Part shown: positions 22,220-30,615 of the stretch, piece after piece | How the letters are laid out: each line of letters opens with the position of its first letter | Position numbering within the stretch: position 1 is the first letter of the stretch | Origin: Dehalococcoidia bacterium | Lineage (GTDB): Bacteria; Chloroflexota; Dehalococcoidia; UBA2979 | NCBI GenBank assembly: GCA_963667465.2 | Contig: CAXXDN010000002.1 | Coordinates: forward strand, 928,001-992,000 | Length of the DNA: 64,000 bases | Reading direction: 5' to 3' | The notes under the pieces: generated by a model | What the model was told of the DNA's origin: nothing | Seen by the model: only the letters and a program-made list of their open reading frames with translations | Database searches by the model: none | Program-made: the position numbers and the translations under genes

Positions 22220-23385
22220 TGCTGCTGCAGGGGGTGCGGGTGCTGGACTTCGGCTGGGTCTGGGCCGGGGCGGTCCCCGGCCAGATGCTCGCCTTCCTCG
22301 GCGCCGAGGTGATCAAGGTGGAGACGCGCAAGCGCCTCGACTACATGCGCCAGGGCCGTGCGATCGTGAAGGACGCGCCCGACACCGAGCAGCAGCCGAT
22401 GTTCCACAACATCAACCGTGGAAAGCTCAGCCTCAGCATCGACTTCACCACCGAGGCCGGGCGTGACCTGCTACTCGACCTCGCCGCACACTGCGACGTG
22501 GCGATCCAGAACTTCGCCCCCGGCGTCCTCGACCGCTACGGCCTCGGCTACGAGGCCCTGCGCGAGCGCCGGCCGGACCTCGTCATGCTCTCGTTGTCCG
22601 GTGGTGGTCAGCAGGGACCGCTTCGCGAGCTGCGCAGCTACGCCTCGACAATTGCCGCCTTCAGCGGGCTCGACTCGCTCTGCGGCTATCCCGGCGAGGA
22701 ACCGCTGGGCGTGCAGCAGTCCTACCCGGACCCCAACGCCAGCCTCCACGGCGCCGTCGCCATCCTCGGCGCGCTGATCCGCCGCAAGCGCACGGGCCGC
22801 GGCGACCTCATCGACCTCTCGCAGCTGGCCTCCGGCATGCAGACCTCCGCCGAGGCGATGGCCTGGCTCGACATCTTCGGCGAGGTTCCCGGCCCGCTCG
22901 GCAACCTCCCGCCCAACGACGAGCCGCTGCACGACTGCTTCCGCTGCGCCGGCGACGACGAGTGGATCGCCGTCGCCGCCGAGGACGAGGCGCAGCTCGC
23001 CGCCGTCGCCGCCCTCACCGGCGCGCCCTCGGACGACCCGGCGGCGGTGCGGGAGGCCCTCGAGCGCTGGTGCACGCAGCGCGACCCGCGAGGCGCGATG
23101 GACGCGCTGCAAGCCGCGGGCGTACCCGCCGGCGCCGTCACGACGGCGAAAGACCGCTTCGAGGACCCCCACTACCGGGAGCGCGGCACCTACGTGGAGA
23201 CGGAGCACCCCTCGATCGGCTGGGAGCTGGTCTACCGCGCGCCCTGGATCTGGCCGGACGAGATCCCGCTCGCCAACGACCGCGCCCCGCTGATGGGCGA
23301 GCACAACGAGTACGTCGTCTGCGAGCTGCTCGGCCGCCCTCGCGAGGAGCTCGATCGCCTCACGGCAGAGCAGGTGCTGTACTAA
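22219..23385 (+). CDS. CaiB/BaiF class III CoA-transferase
   Basis: GVRVLDFGWVWAG, LGAEVIKVE, NRGKLS and SYPDP; TGATG coupling. Confidence 0.9.
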   Translation: MLLQGVRVLDFGWVWAGAVPGQMLAFLGAEVIKVETRKRLDYMRQGRAIVKDAPDTEQQPMFHNINRGKLSLSIDFTTEAGRDLLLDLAAHCDVAIQNFAPGVLDRYGLGYEALRERRPDLVMLSLSGGGQQGPLRELRSYASTIAAFSGLDSLCGYPGEEPLGVQQSYPDPNASLHGAVAILGALIRRKRTGRGDLIDLSQLASGMQTSAEAMAWLDIFGEVPGPLGNLPPNDEPLHDCFRCAGDDEWIAVAAEDEAQLAAVAALTGAPSDDPAAVREALERWCTQRDPRGAMDALQAAGVPAGAVTTAKDRFEDPHYRERGTYVETEHPSIGWELVYRAPWIWPDEIPLANDRAPLMGEHNEYVVCELLGRPREELDRLTAEQVLY

Positions 23386-23418
23386 CCTTCCATCGAGTGG
23401 CGAGAAGGGAGCCCGCAG

Positions 23419-24786
23419 ATGAGCGCCAGGCGGGTGGTTATTGTTGGCGGGGGGTTCGCCGGGCTCAGCGCCGCCTACACGCTGATGAAGCAAGGCATCA
23501 CCCCCCTCCTGCTCGAGGCTGAGGACCATGCGGGCGGACGCGGCAGCGGCGAGCGCGTGGACGGCTTCTCCCTGGACATGGGCGCGTTCGTCTTCACCTC
23601 CACCTACGACACCGCATTTCGCATCTGCGAGGAGTTGGGACTGCCGCTGGTACGTTCGCAGATGAAGTTCGGCCACTACCGCAACGGGCGCTGGGTTACC
23701 ACGACGCCGGACCAATCGCTCTGGAATTTCATCCGGCACCTGCGTGCGGCCATCACGATGGGCTTCCTCTCGCCCTCGGGCATGCGGTCCGGCTTCAAGG
23801 TGATGCGGCAGATGCATCGCGAGGCGGAGTACATGAGCTTCGCCGGCGACAGCCCGCTCGCCGAGCTCGACGACCACGAGAGCTTCAGCGATTACCTTGA
23901 GCGGCTCGGCGTGCCCGAGAACCTGCAGGTGACGCTCAGAGCGCCACTCGACATGATTCTGGGCGACCCAATGCCCGCAGGCCAAGCCCTGATGCGCGCG
24001 TACATCGGGGAAACGATGCTGCACGCCGGACAGGTGGCCATGCCGGAGCGAGGCGTCGGCTCACTGAGCAGAGCGCTTGTCACTGCCTGCTCCGACGCGA
24101 TTCGCGTGTCGACCCCCGTCAGGAGAGTCGTCGTCGCAGACGGGGCCGCGACCAGCGTCGTGGTGGACGGTGAGACCATCGAGGCGGACGCGGTCATCTG
24201 CGCCGTCCCCGGCACGAAGGTCCCGGACCTCATCCCCAACCTGCCAGCGGCGACTCGCCGCGCGCTCAGCACCGTCAGCTACTCAACCGGCTGCCGGGTG
24301 GTGATCGGCCTCGACCACTCGCCGCTCCCTCCCGGCTGGCATGGCGCACTCTACCCGGAGGACGACGACACCCCGCTCCTGCTGGACCGCTCCGTCTTCC
24401 TGCCTGCCTGCGCGCCTCCCGGCAAGAGCCTCCTCGACCTGCTGATCGGGCGCGACCGCGCCAGGGAGCTCATCCCGCTCGACGACGAGGAGATCAAGCG
24501 CGAGCTGCTGGGCGCCGCTCGCCGGAACGCGCCGCCAGGCTCCGCTCTTCCCGGCGACGACGAGGGTCTGTTCTATCGCGTCTACCGCTGGGAAGAAGCG
24601 CTCTGCATGGGGGAGCCCGGGATGCTCGCCGCGATGGCGGACGTCCCGGGGCAGCTTGCGGGAAGCATCGGCAACCTCGTCCTGGCGGGTGACTACATGC
24701 GCGTGCCGTCGGTCAACGGCGCCCTCGCTAGTGGCCACAACGCCGCGATCGAGGTCGCAGACTTGCTGGCGTCTCGCGCCAACTAG
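23419..24786 (+). CDS. FAD-dependent oxidoreductase (protoporphyrinogen/amine oxidase superfamily)
   Basis: VVIVGGGFAGLSAA, EAEDHAGGR, DMGA and LAGDY..SVNGALASG motifs. Confidence 0.85.
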   Translation: MSARRVVIVGGGFAGLSAAYTLMKQGITPLLLEAEDHAGGRGSGERVDGFSLDMGAFVFTSTYDTAFRICEELGLPLVRSQMKFGHYRNGRWVTTTPDQSLWNFIRHLRAAITMGFLSPSGMRSGFKVMRQMHREAEYMSFAGDSPLAELDDHESFSDYLERLGVPENLQVTLRAPLDMILGDPMPAGQALMRAYIGETMLHAGQVAMPERGVGSLSRALVTACSDAIRVSTPVRRVVVADGAATSVVVDGETIEADAVICAVPGTKVPDLIPNLPAATRRALSTVSYSTGCRVVIGLDHSPLPPGWHGALYPEDDDTPLLLDRSVFLPACAPPGKSLLDLLIGRDRARELIPLDDEEIKRELLGAARRNAPPGSALPGDDEGLFYRVYRWEEALCMGEPGMLAAMADVPGQLAGSIGNLVLAGDYMRVPSVNGALASGHNAAIEVADLLASRAN

Positions 24787-24842
24787 GCCAGGCGTCGTGT
24801 CGAGCCCATGCTCACGGCGTAGCAGGTGCTGTGCTGACGGGC

Positions 24843-24885
24843 TCCGGCCCCCTCGCCCCTTGCGGGAGAGGGCAGGGGTGAGGGG
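24843..24885. repeat. Single REP-like palindrome of the same family as 59089-59389
   Basis: TCCGGCCCCCTCGCCCCTTGCGGGAGAGGGCAGGGGTGAGGGG, nearly identical to the core of the array unit. Confidence 0.75.
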
Positions 24886-24894
24886 TGCCGCGGC

Positions 24895-24990
24895 TGGCTC
24901 AATCGAACCGGGCGCGTTCGCAGCGAACGGGAGCCCGCGCCGGACATCGAGATCCGCTCGCTGTCGGAGCTGACCCGCTTGCTGCCTTGA
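24895..24990 (+). pseudogene. C-terminal remnant of a HAD-like hydrolase
   Basis: Reads WLNRTGRVRSEREPAPDIEIRSLSELTRLLP*, resembling the HAD hydrolase tail (WxNR...PDxEIxSLxEL); no start codon. Confidence 0.5.
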
Positions 24991-25065
24991 CACGCATCGG
25001 GCGGCGACAGACGCTCAGCACGACAGGCACACCACGCGATCTCGCAGCAACGAAGGGCCGCAACA

Positions 25066-26259
25066 ATGACGACAACCGAATCCGACGCAGCCCCCGGCGT
25101 GCCTTCCGGCCTCGACCTGCCCGAGGGCCGCATCACCCCCGAGGCGCTCGACGACCTGCGCCGCATCACCGGCCTGCAGATGCGCCCCGAGCGCTACATC
25201 CGCGAGGCGACGATCGACACTCTCACCAACTTCTGCAACGGCATCGGCGACCTCAACCCGCTACACCGCGACGAGGAGTACGCGAAGTGGACGCGCCATG
25301 GCGGCCTGCTGGCGCCCGGCTGCTTCCTCTACGCGCGCACCTGGCCCGGCCGCACCCGCTTCGGCCTGCCCGGCGTCCACGGCTTCCACGCCGGCAATGA
25401 CTTCCGCTTCGAGCGCGAGATTCGCATCGGCGACCGCATCGACAGCGTCGAGCGCATGCTCGGCTTCGAGGAGAAGGAGAGCCGCTTCTCCGGCAAGCTC
25501 GTCATCATCCACGTCGAGACCACCTTCACCAACCAGCGCGGCGAGCTGATCGCCACCGTGCGTGGCTGGAACACGCGCCACGAGCGGTCCGCGGCGCGCG
25601 AGCGCGGCAAGGAGACGCAGGCCGACTCCGTCACCGGCGGCGGCCTCGCCTACGACTACGGCGCCGAGGAGCTCTATGAGATCGAGCAGGCGCAGTACAG
25701 CGAGGACGAGCGCATCCGCGGCGGCGAGACCCGCTACTGGGAGGACGTCAAGGTCGGCGACGAGCTCGACGCGATCGCGCGCGGGCCGCTCACCACCTCG
25801 GACGTCACGGCCTGGCTGGTCGGCACCGGCCGAGGGCGCGCGCACGGCGCCGCGCTCAAGGAGGCGCGCCGCCACCCCGGCCACTACTTCCGCAACCCCG
25901 ACGCCGGACAGGGCCTCGAGTACACGGGCATGGGCCATCAGCTGCGCGAGGTCGCGGCGCAGGTTGGCGTGCCGGGCGCCTACGACTTTGGCCCGCAGCG
26001 CATCTCCTGGGCGGGCACGCTGATCGAGAACTGGATGGGCGACGACGGCTTCCTGAGGCGCCTACGCGGTGAGCTGCGCGGCTTCAACCTGATGGGCGAC
26101 ACCACCTGGCTGCGCGGCACGGTGACCCGCACCTACCTCGAGGGCGACGAGGCCCTCGTCGACATCGAGATCCGGGGCGAGAACCAGCGCGGCCGCCCCA
26201 CCCTCCCCGGCCTCGCGACGGTGCGATTGCCGTCAAAGCGTGTGCCGGAGGAGTTGTAG
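25066..26259 (+). CDS. Double hot-dog MaoC-like acyl-CoA dehydratase
   Basis: GIGDLNPLHRDEEYA, RYWEDVKVGDEL and GDTTWLRGTV motifs. Confidence 0.85.
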   Translation: MTTTESDAAPGVPSGLDLPEGRITPEALDDLRRITGLQMRPERYIREATIDTLTNFCNGIGDLNPLHRDEEYAKWTRHGGLLAPGCFLYARTWPGRTRFGLPGVHGFHAGNDFRFEREIRIGDRIDSVERMLGFEEKESRFSGKLVIIHVETTFTNQRGELIATVRGWNTRHERSAARERGKETQADSVTGGGLAYDYGAEELYEIEQAQYSEDERIRGGETRYWEDVKVGDELDAIARGPLTTSDVTAWLVGTGRGRAHGAALKEARRHPGHYFRNPDAGQGLEYTGMGHQLREVAAQVGVPGAYDFGPQRISWAGTLIENWMGDDGFLRRLRGELRGFNLMGDTTWLRGTVTRTYLEGDEALVDIEIRGENQRGRPTLPGLATVRLPSKRVPEEL

Positions 26260-26336
26260 GGGGCGTCGCGGCTCACGTTCCCACCCCCGCCCACCACCCC
26301 CGGTGCTAGCATCCCCGCGCGACCGAGGAGGGCAAC

Positions 26337-27155
26337 ATGCCGCGTGAGGCCAGGACGCTCGACCAGGCGAACTATGCGGAGATGCTGATCGAGAAGCGCG
26401 ACGACGGGGTTGCGCTGATCACGCTCAACCGGCCGGAGCGGCACAACGCCTCAACGGCCGTGATGCACGCGGAGTTCGCGCAGCTGCCCGGCGATATTCA
26501 GGAGGATCCGGACGTGCGGGCCGCCGTCATTACGGGGGCCGGGCGCTCGTTCTGCTCCGGCGCCGACGTGCAACAGCGACTCGGCGGCGGGGGCGAGGGG
26601 ATGAGCGCGCTCGACGTGCTCGGTGAGCCGCGCGAGATCGTCGAGGGCTTCCTCAACAACGACAAGCCGGTCATCACCGCCGTCAAGGGCTATGCGCTCG
26701 GCTTCGGCTGCACGACGGCGCTGCTCGGCGACATCGTGATCGCCGGCCGCAGCGCGGTCTTCGCCGACCCGCACGTCACGGTCGGCCTCACCGCCGGTGA
26801 CGGCGGCGCGCTGCTCTGGCCGCTGCTCGCCGGGCCGCAGCACGCCAAGTACTACCTGATGACCGGGGAGCGCCTCGACGCCGCGACCGCCGAGCGGATC
26901 GGCCTCGTCTTCAAGGTCGTCGAGGACGACGAGCTGCTCGACGAGGCGCTCGCGATCGCCTCGAAGCTCGCGGCGGGCGCGCCCTACGCCGTGCGCTCGA
27001 CGAAGCGCTCGATCAACCGCGTGCTGCTCGCGATGTCGAACGATGTGATGCACTACTCGCTGGCCGCCGAGGGCATGTCGATGATGACAGCCGACCACAA
27101 GGAGGCCGTCGCCGCCTTCATGGAGAAGCGCGAGCCGAAGTTCACGAATAGCTGA
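26337..27155 (+). CDS. Enoyl-CoA hydratase/isomerase family protein
   Basis: ITLNRPERHNA, FCSGAD and DPHVTVGLTAGDGG motifs. Confidence 0.92.
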   Translation: MPREARTLDQANYAEMLIEKRDDGVALITLNRPERHNASTAVMHAEFAQLPGDIQEDPDVRAAVITGAGRSFCSGADVQQRLGGGGEGMSALDVLGEPREIVEGFLNNDKPVITAVKGYALGFGCTTALLGDIVIAGRSAVFADPHVTVGLTAGDGGALLWPLLAGPQHAKYYLMTGERLDAATAERIGLVFKVVEDDELLDEALAIASKLAAGAPYAVRSTKRSINRVLLAMSNDVMHYSLAAEGMSMMTADHKEAVAAFMEKREPKFTNS

Positions 27156-27161
27156 CGCCGG

Positions 27162-27479
27162 CTACCCCTGCGAGTGGGCCGCTACTGCGTCGAGGCGATC
27201 GGCGAGGCGGTCCTCGGCGGCCTCGAGCTCGTACTGGCTCTGGAGGCGCATCCAGAATGCCGCCGAGTTGCCGAAGAAGCGCGAGAGCAACAGCGCCGTC
27301 TCCGCGGTAATGGAGCGCTGTCCGTGGACGATGGAGTGAATCCGGCGTGCGTCGACGCCGATCGATTTGGCCAGCCGGTACTGCGTAATTCCCAGCGGCA
27401 GCAGGAACTCCTCGTTGAGGATCTCGCCCGGGTGGATCGGGGACAGGCGCTGCGGGCCAGGGGCCGTCTGAGTCGTCAT
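27162..27479 (-). CDS. higA: HigA family antitoxin (Xre HTH)
   Basis: PIHPGEILNEEFL, ITQYRLAKSI, RSITAETAL and FWMRLQ; GAAGGAG RBS. Confidence 0.92.
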   Translation of the reverse strand: MTTQTAPGPQRLSPIHPGEILNEEFLLPLGITQYRLAKSIGVDARRIHSIVHGQRSITAETALLLSRFFGNSAAFWMRLQSQYELEAAEDRLADRLDAVAAHSQG

Positions 27480-27502
27480 GGCCGTCTCTCCTTCGGCTCC
27501 GC

Positions 27503-27790
27503 TCAGTGGTAGTCGACGATCTCCACTTGCCAGGCGCTTGCTTCGCTCCAAACAAAGCAGATCCGCCACTGATCGTTGATACGGATACTGTGCTGCCCGT
27601 CCCGACTCCCAGACAGCGCCTCCAGGCGATTCCCCGGAGGCACCATGAGGTCATGCAAATCCAGAGCGTTGTTCAGGAGCATCAGCTTCCGCTGCGCACG
27701 GCGCTGGATGTCCGGTGGGAGTCTCCTCACGCGCCGCCGTTCAGCGACTGCACGGGTGTCCCTGTCCCGAAACTCCTGATCACCAACCAT
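27503..27790 (-). CDS. higB: HigB/RelE family toxin (5' end probably frameshifted)
   Basis: PPGNRLEALSG..GQHSIRINDQWRICF..VEIVDYH; the canonical-looking start MIRSF (GTG 27783) is one base out of frame. Confidence 0.8.
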   Translation of the reverse strand: MVGDQEFRDRDTRAVAERRRVRRLPPDIQRRAQRKLMLLNNALDLHDLMVPPGNRLEALSGSRDGQHSIRINDQWRICFVWSEASAWQVEIVDYH

Positions 27791-27804
27791 TGATAGTATG
27801 ACAC

Positions 27805-27829
27805 GCTATTAGCGGCAAGCGCCAATAGC
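27805..27829. promoter_or_regulatory. Putative HigA operator palindrome
   Basis: GCTATTAGCG-N5-CGCCAATAGC (one mismatch), just upstream of higB. Confidence 0.55.
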
Positions 27830-27890
27830 CAGTCCCGCCTCCACCTCCCGCCGCGGTGTAGCATCCGCACGAAGGCGAGAGGAGGGCGAG

Positions 27891-29543
27891 ATGGCCGGGA
27901 CCATCGAGGTGCTCAACCCGCGCGGGCGGCTGCACCAGGCCGCTATCCCCCTCGCGCCGAGGCCCGCCCGTCTCGACGGGCTGCGGCCCGGCATCCTCGA
28001 GAATCGCAAGGCGAACGCGAAGCTGCTGCTCGAACGGCTCGTCGAGGGCCTGCGCGAGCGGCACAACCTCGGGCCGACGGCGCTGCGCTCGAAGAACGCC
28101 TCCGCACCGGCGCCCGGCTCCGTGCTTGAGGCGTTCTCGAAGGAGGCGGACTTCGTGCTCGTCGGGAGCTGCGACTGAGGCAGCTGCACGACGTGGAGTG
28201 TCCACGCCTCGATCGCCCTCGAAGCCCGCGGAGTCCCGACCGTCACGATCGGCACCGACGCCTTCAGCGGCCTGATTGAGTACGAGGCCGAGCGACGCGG
28301 CCTGCCCGCGCTGCCTTATGTCACCGTGCCACACCCGCTCGGGGGCATCCCACCCTCCGCCGTCGGCGGCCTCGCCACGCCCGCCACGCCCGAGGTCGAG
28401 CGCCTGCTGACAGCGACCAGCGGCGGCGGCGCGGCCAACGAGGGCGCGGCGACCGCTGCCCTGCCCGCCCGCGGCGATCCAGCCGAGCGGCTCGCGCTGC
28501 CCTCGGACCCGCGTGCGCTGCACGAGGCGGCGATCGCCCGAGGCTGGTCGGATGGCCTGCCGGTCATCCCGCCGACCCCGAACCTCGTGGAGGCGCTGAT
28601 CGCGTGCGGCGACCGTGACGCCCTCGACGTGCTCGGCGTACTGCCGCCGGGCCACGGCCTCGTCACCGTCGAGGTCGTCGCCGCGAACGCGGCGCTGGCC
28701 GGCTGCGAGCCGCGCGCCTTCCCCGTCGTGCTGGCCGCGGTGCAAGCGATCCTCGACGAGGTCCACAACGTCGCCGGGATGAACGCCACGACGCACCCGG
28801 TCGCCGAGACGATCGTGGTGAGCGGCCCGATCGCCGACGAGCTCGGCATCCACTCGGGCAGCGGCTGCTTCGGGCCGGCCTTCCCGGCGAACGCCTCGAT
28901 CGGCCGCGCGATCCGCCTTGTGCTGCTCAACATCGGCGGCGCGCAGCCGGGGCGCGGCGACCAGGCGACGCAGGGCACGCCGGCGAAGTTCGCCTCCTGC
29001 TTCGCCGAGAACGCCAGGGCGAACCCGTGGGAGCCCTTCCACGTCGCGCGCGGCCTCGAGGCGGGCGCGAGCGCGGTCACGGTCTTCGGCAGCGAGGGCC
29101 CGCATAACATCCGCGACGGCGACAGCAACACCGGCGAGGGCCTGCTGCGCACGATCGCCGGGGCGATGAGCCAGCCGGGCAGCAACAACATCCTCAACCG
29201 CGGCAACCCGCTGCTCGCGCTCTGTCCGGAGCACGCCGCGCTCCTCGCCGGTGACGGCTGGACGCGCGAGAGCATCAGGGAGTGGCTGTTCGAGCACGCG
29301 CGCTACCCGGCGGGAAAGCTCTCGCCGGAGCTGCGGCGCGCCATCGCCGTGCGCCGCGTGCCCGAGGGCGACGTGCCCGCGAGCGAGCAGGAGCGCTTCG
29401 ACGACGACGTGCTGCTGCCGATCGCCGAGGAGCCCGAGGGCATCAACATCGTCGTCGCCGGCGGCGCGGGGAAGCACTCGGCGTGGTTCCCCTCCTGGGG
29501 CCGCCTCAGCCGCCCCGTCACCGTGCCGATCGCGGCGCGCTGA
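27891..29543 (+). CDS. UGSC-family selenoprotein fused to a large uncharacterised C-terminal domain (~550 aa; Sec at codon 96, TGA 28176-28178)
   Basis: ORFs 27891-28178 and 28326-29543 are in the same frame, separated only by one TGA in ...GSCD*GSCTTWSVHASIALEARGVPTV...; a hairpin follows the TGA; GGAGGG RBS. Confidence 0.85.
28176..28210 (+). promoter_or_regulatory. Candidate bacterial SECIS element
   Basis: CGTGGA-GTG-TCCACG hairpin (28192-28206) starts 13 nt after the TGA; GAGG/CCTC can form a lower stem. Confidence 0.6.
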
Positions 29544-29553
29544 GGGTCGCTCG

Positions 29554-30591
29554 ATGGAGTATCGCAAGCTCGGCCGCTCCGGCCTCACGGTCTCGATCGT
29601 CGGGCTCGGCTGCAACGACTTCGGCGGACGCTGGGACCTCGCACACTCGCGCGAGGTGATCTCGTACGCGCTCGACGCCGGCGTGAATCTCTTCGACACC
29701 TCGGATGTCTATCCCTCGCCCGCCGGTGGTGAGGGGCCGCCCGGACGCTCGGAGGAGTACGTCGGCGAGGTGCTGCGCGGCCGCCGCCACGAGGCGATCA
29801 TCGCCACCAAGTTCTCGCGCCCCACCGGCGAGGGCGCCGCCCTCTACCGCGCGGGCGTCCTCGAGCGCGCCGGGCACGACGCGGGCGCGAGCGCGAGCGT
29901 CGCGCCGCGACTGCTGCGCCAGGGCGCGTCACGGCGGCACATCATCCACGCCCTGGAAGGCTCGCTGCGGCGGCTCGGCACGGACTACATCGACCTCTAC
30001 CAGCTGCACGGGCCGGACCCGACCACCCCGCTCGACGAGACGCTGCGCGCCCTCGACGACCTCGTGCGCGACGGCAAGGTGCGCTACGTCGGCTGCTCCA
30101 ACTTCGAGGGCTGGCGAGTCGCCGAGGCGGCCGGCATCGCCCGCTCGGCGACACTCACGCCGTTCATCTCAACCCAGGCGGAGTACCACATGCTCGACCG
30201 CCGCATCGAGGCGGACCTCGTGCCCGCCTGCAACGCGGCGGGCGTGAGCGTGCTGCCCTACTTCCCGCTCGCCAGCGGCTTCCTCACCGGCAAGTATCGC
30301 CGCGGCGAAACCGCACCCGAGGGCACGCGCTTCGAGATGTCGCCGCACCTGCCGGGCCGCTTCGTCTCCGACGATGCCTGGGACCGGCTCGAACGCCTCG
30401 AGGCGTTCGCGCGCGAGCGAGGCCGCCCGCTCGTCGACCTGGCAATCGGCTGGCTCGCCTCGCAGCCGCACATTGGCAGCATCATCGCGGGCGCGAGCCG
30501 GCCGGAGCAGGTCGAGCAGAACGTCGCGGCCTCGGACTGGCGCCTCGACGCCACCGAGCTGGCGGAAATCGACGAGATCACGCTGGGCTGA
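29554..30591 (+). CDS. Aldo/keto reductase
   Basis: YRKLGRSGL, FDTSDVY, IATK, LGTDYIDLYQLH, GKVRYVGCSN and YFPLASG motifs. Confidence 0.93.
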   Translation: MEYRKLGRSGLTVSIVGLGCNDFGGRWDLAHSREVISYALDAGVNLFDTSDVYPSPAGGEGPPGRSEEYVGEVLRGRRHEAIIATKFSRPTGEGAALYRAGVLERAGHDAGASASVAPRLLRQGASRRHIIHALEGSLRRLGTDYIDLYQLHGPDPTTPLDETLRALDDLVRDGKVRYVGCSNFEGWRVAEAAGIARSATLTPFISTQAEYHMLDRRIEADLVPACNAAGVSVLPYFPLASGFLTGKYRRGETAPEGTRFEMSPHLPGRFVSDDAWDRLERLEAFARERGRPLVDLAIGWLASQPHIGSIIAGASRPEQVEQNVAASDWRLDATELAEIDEITLG

Positions 30592-30615
30592 GGACGGAGC
30601 GCCTCCCGGCGCCGC

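Noticed and set aside
23419-24786. Calling the FAD oxidoreductase hemY/hemG
   Set aside because: Only superfamily-level motifs are visible and no heme-biosynthesis genes are nearby.
27891-28178. 95-aa ORF as a stand-alone gene, or the locus as a nonsense pseudogene
   Set aside because: The TGA sits in a UGSC motif with a downstream hairpin and in-frame coding continuation; Sec read-through explains it better.
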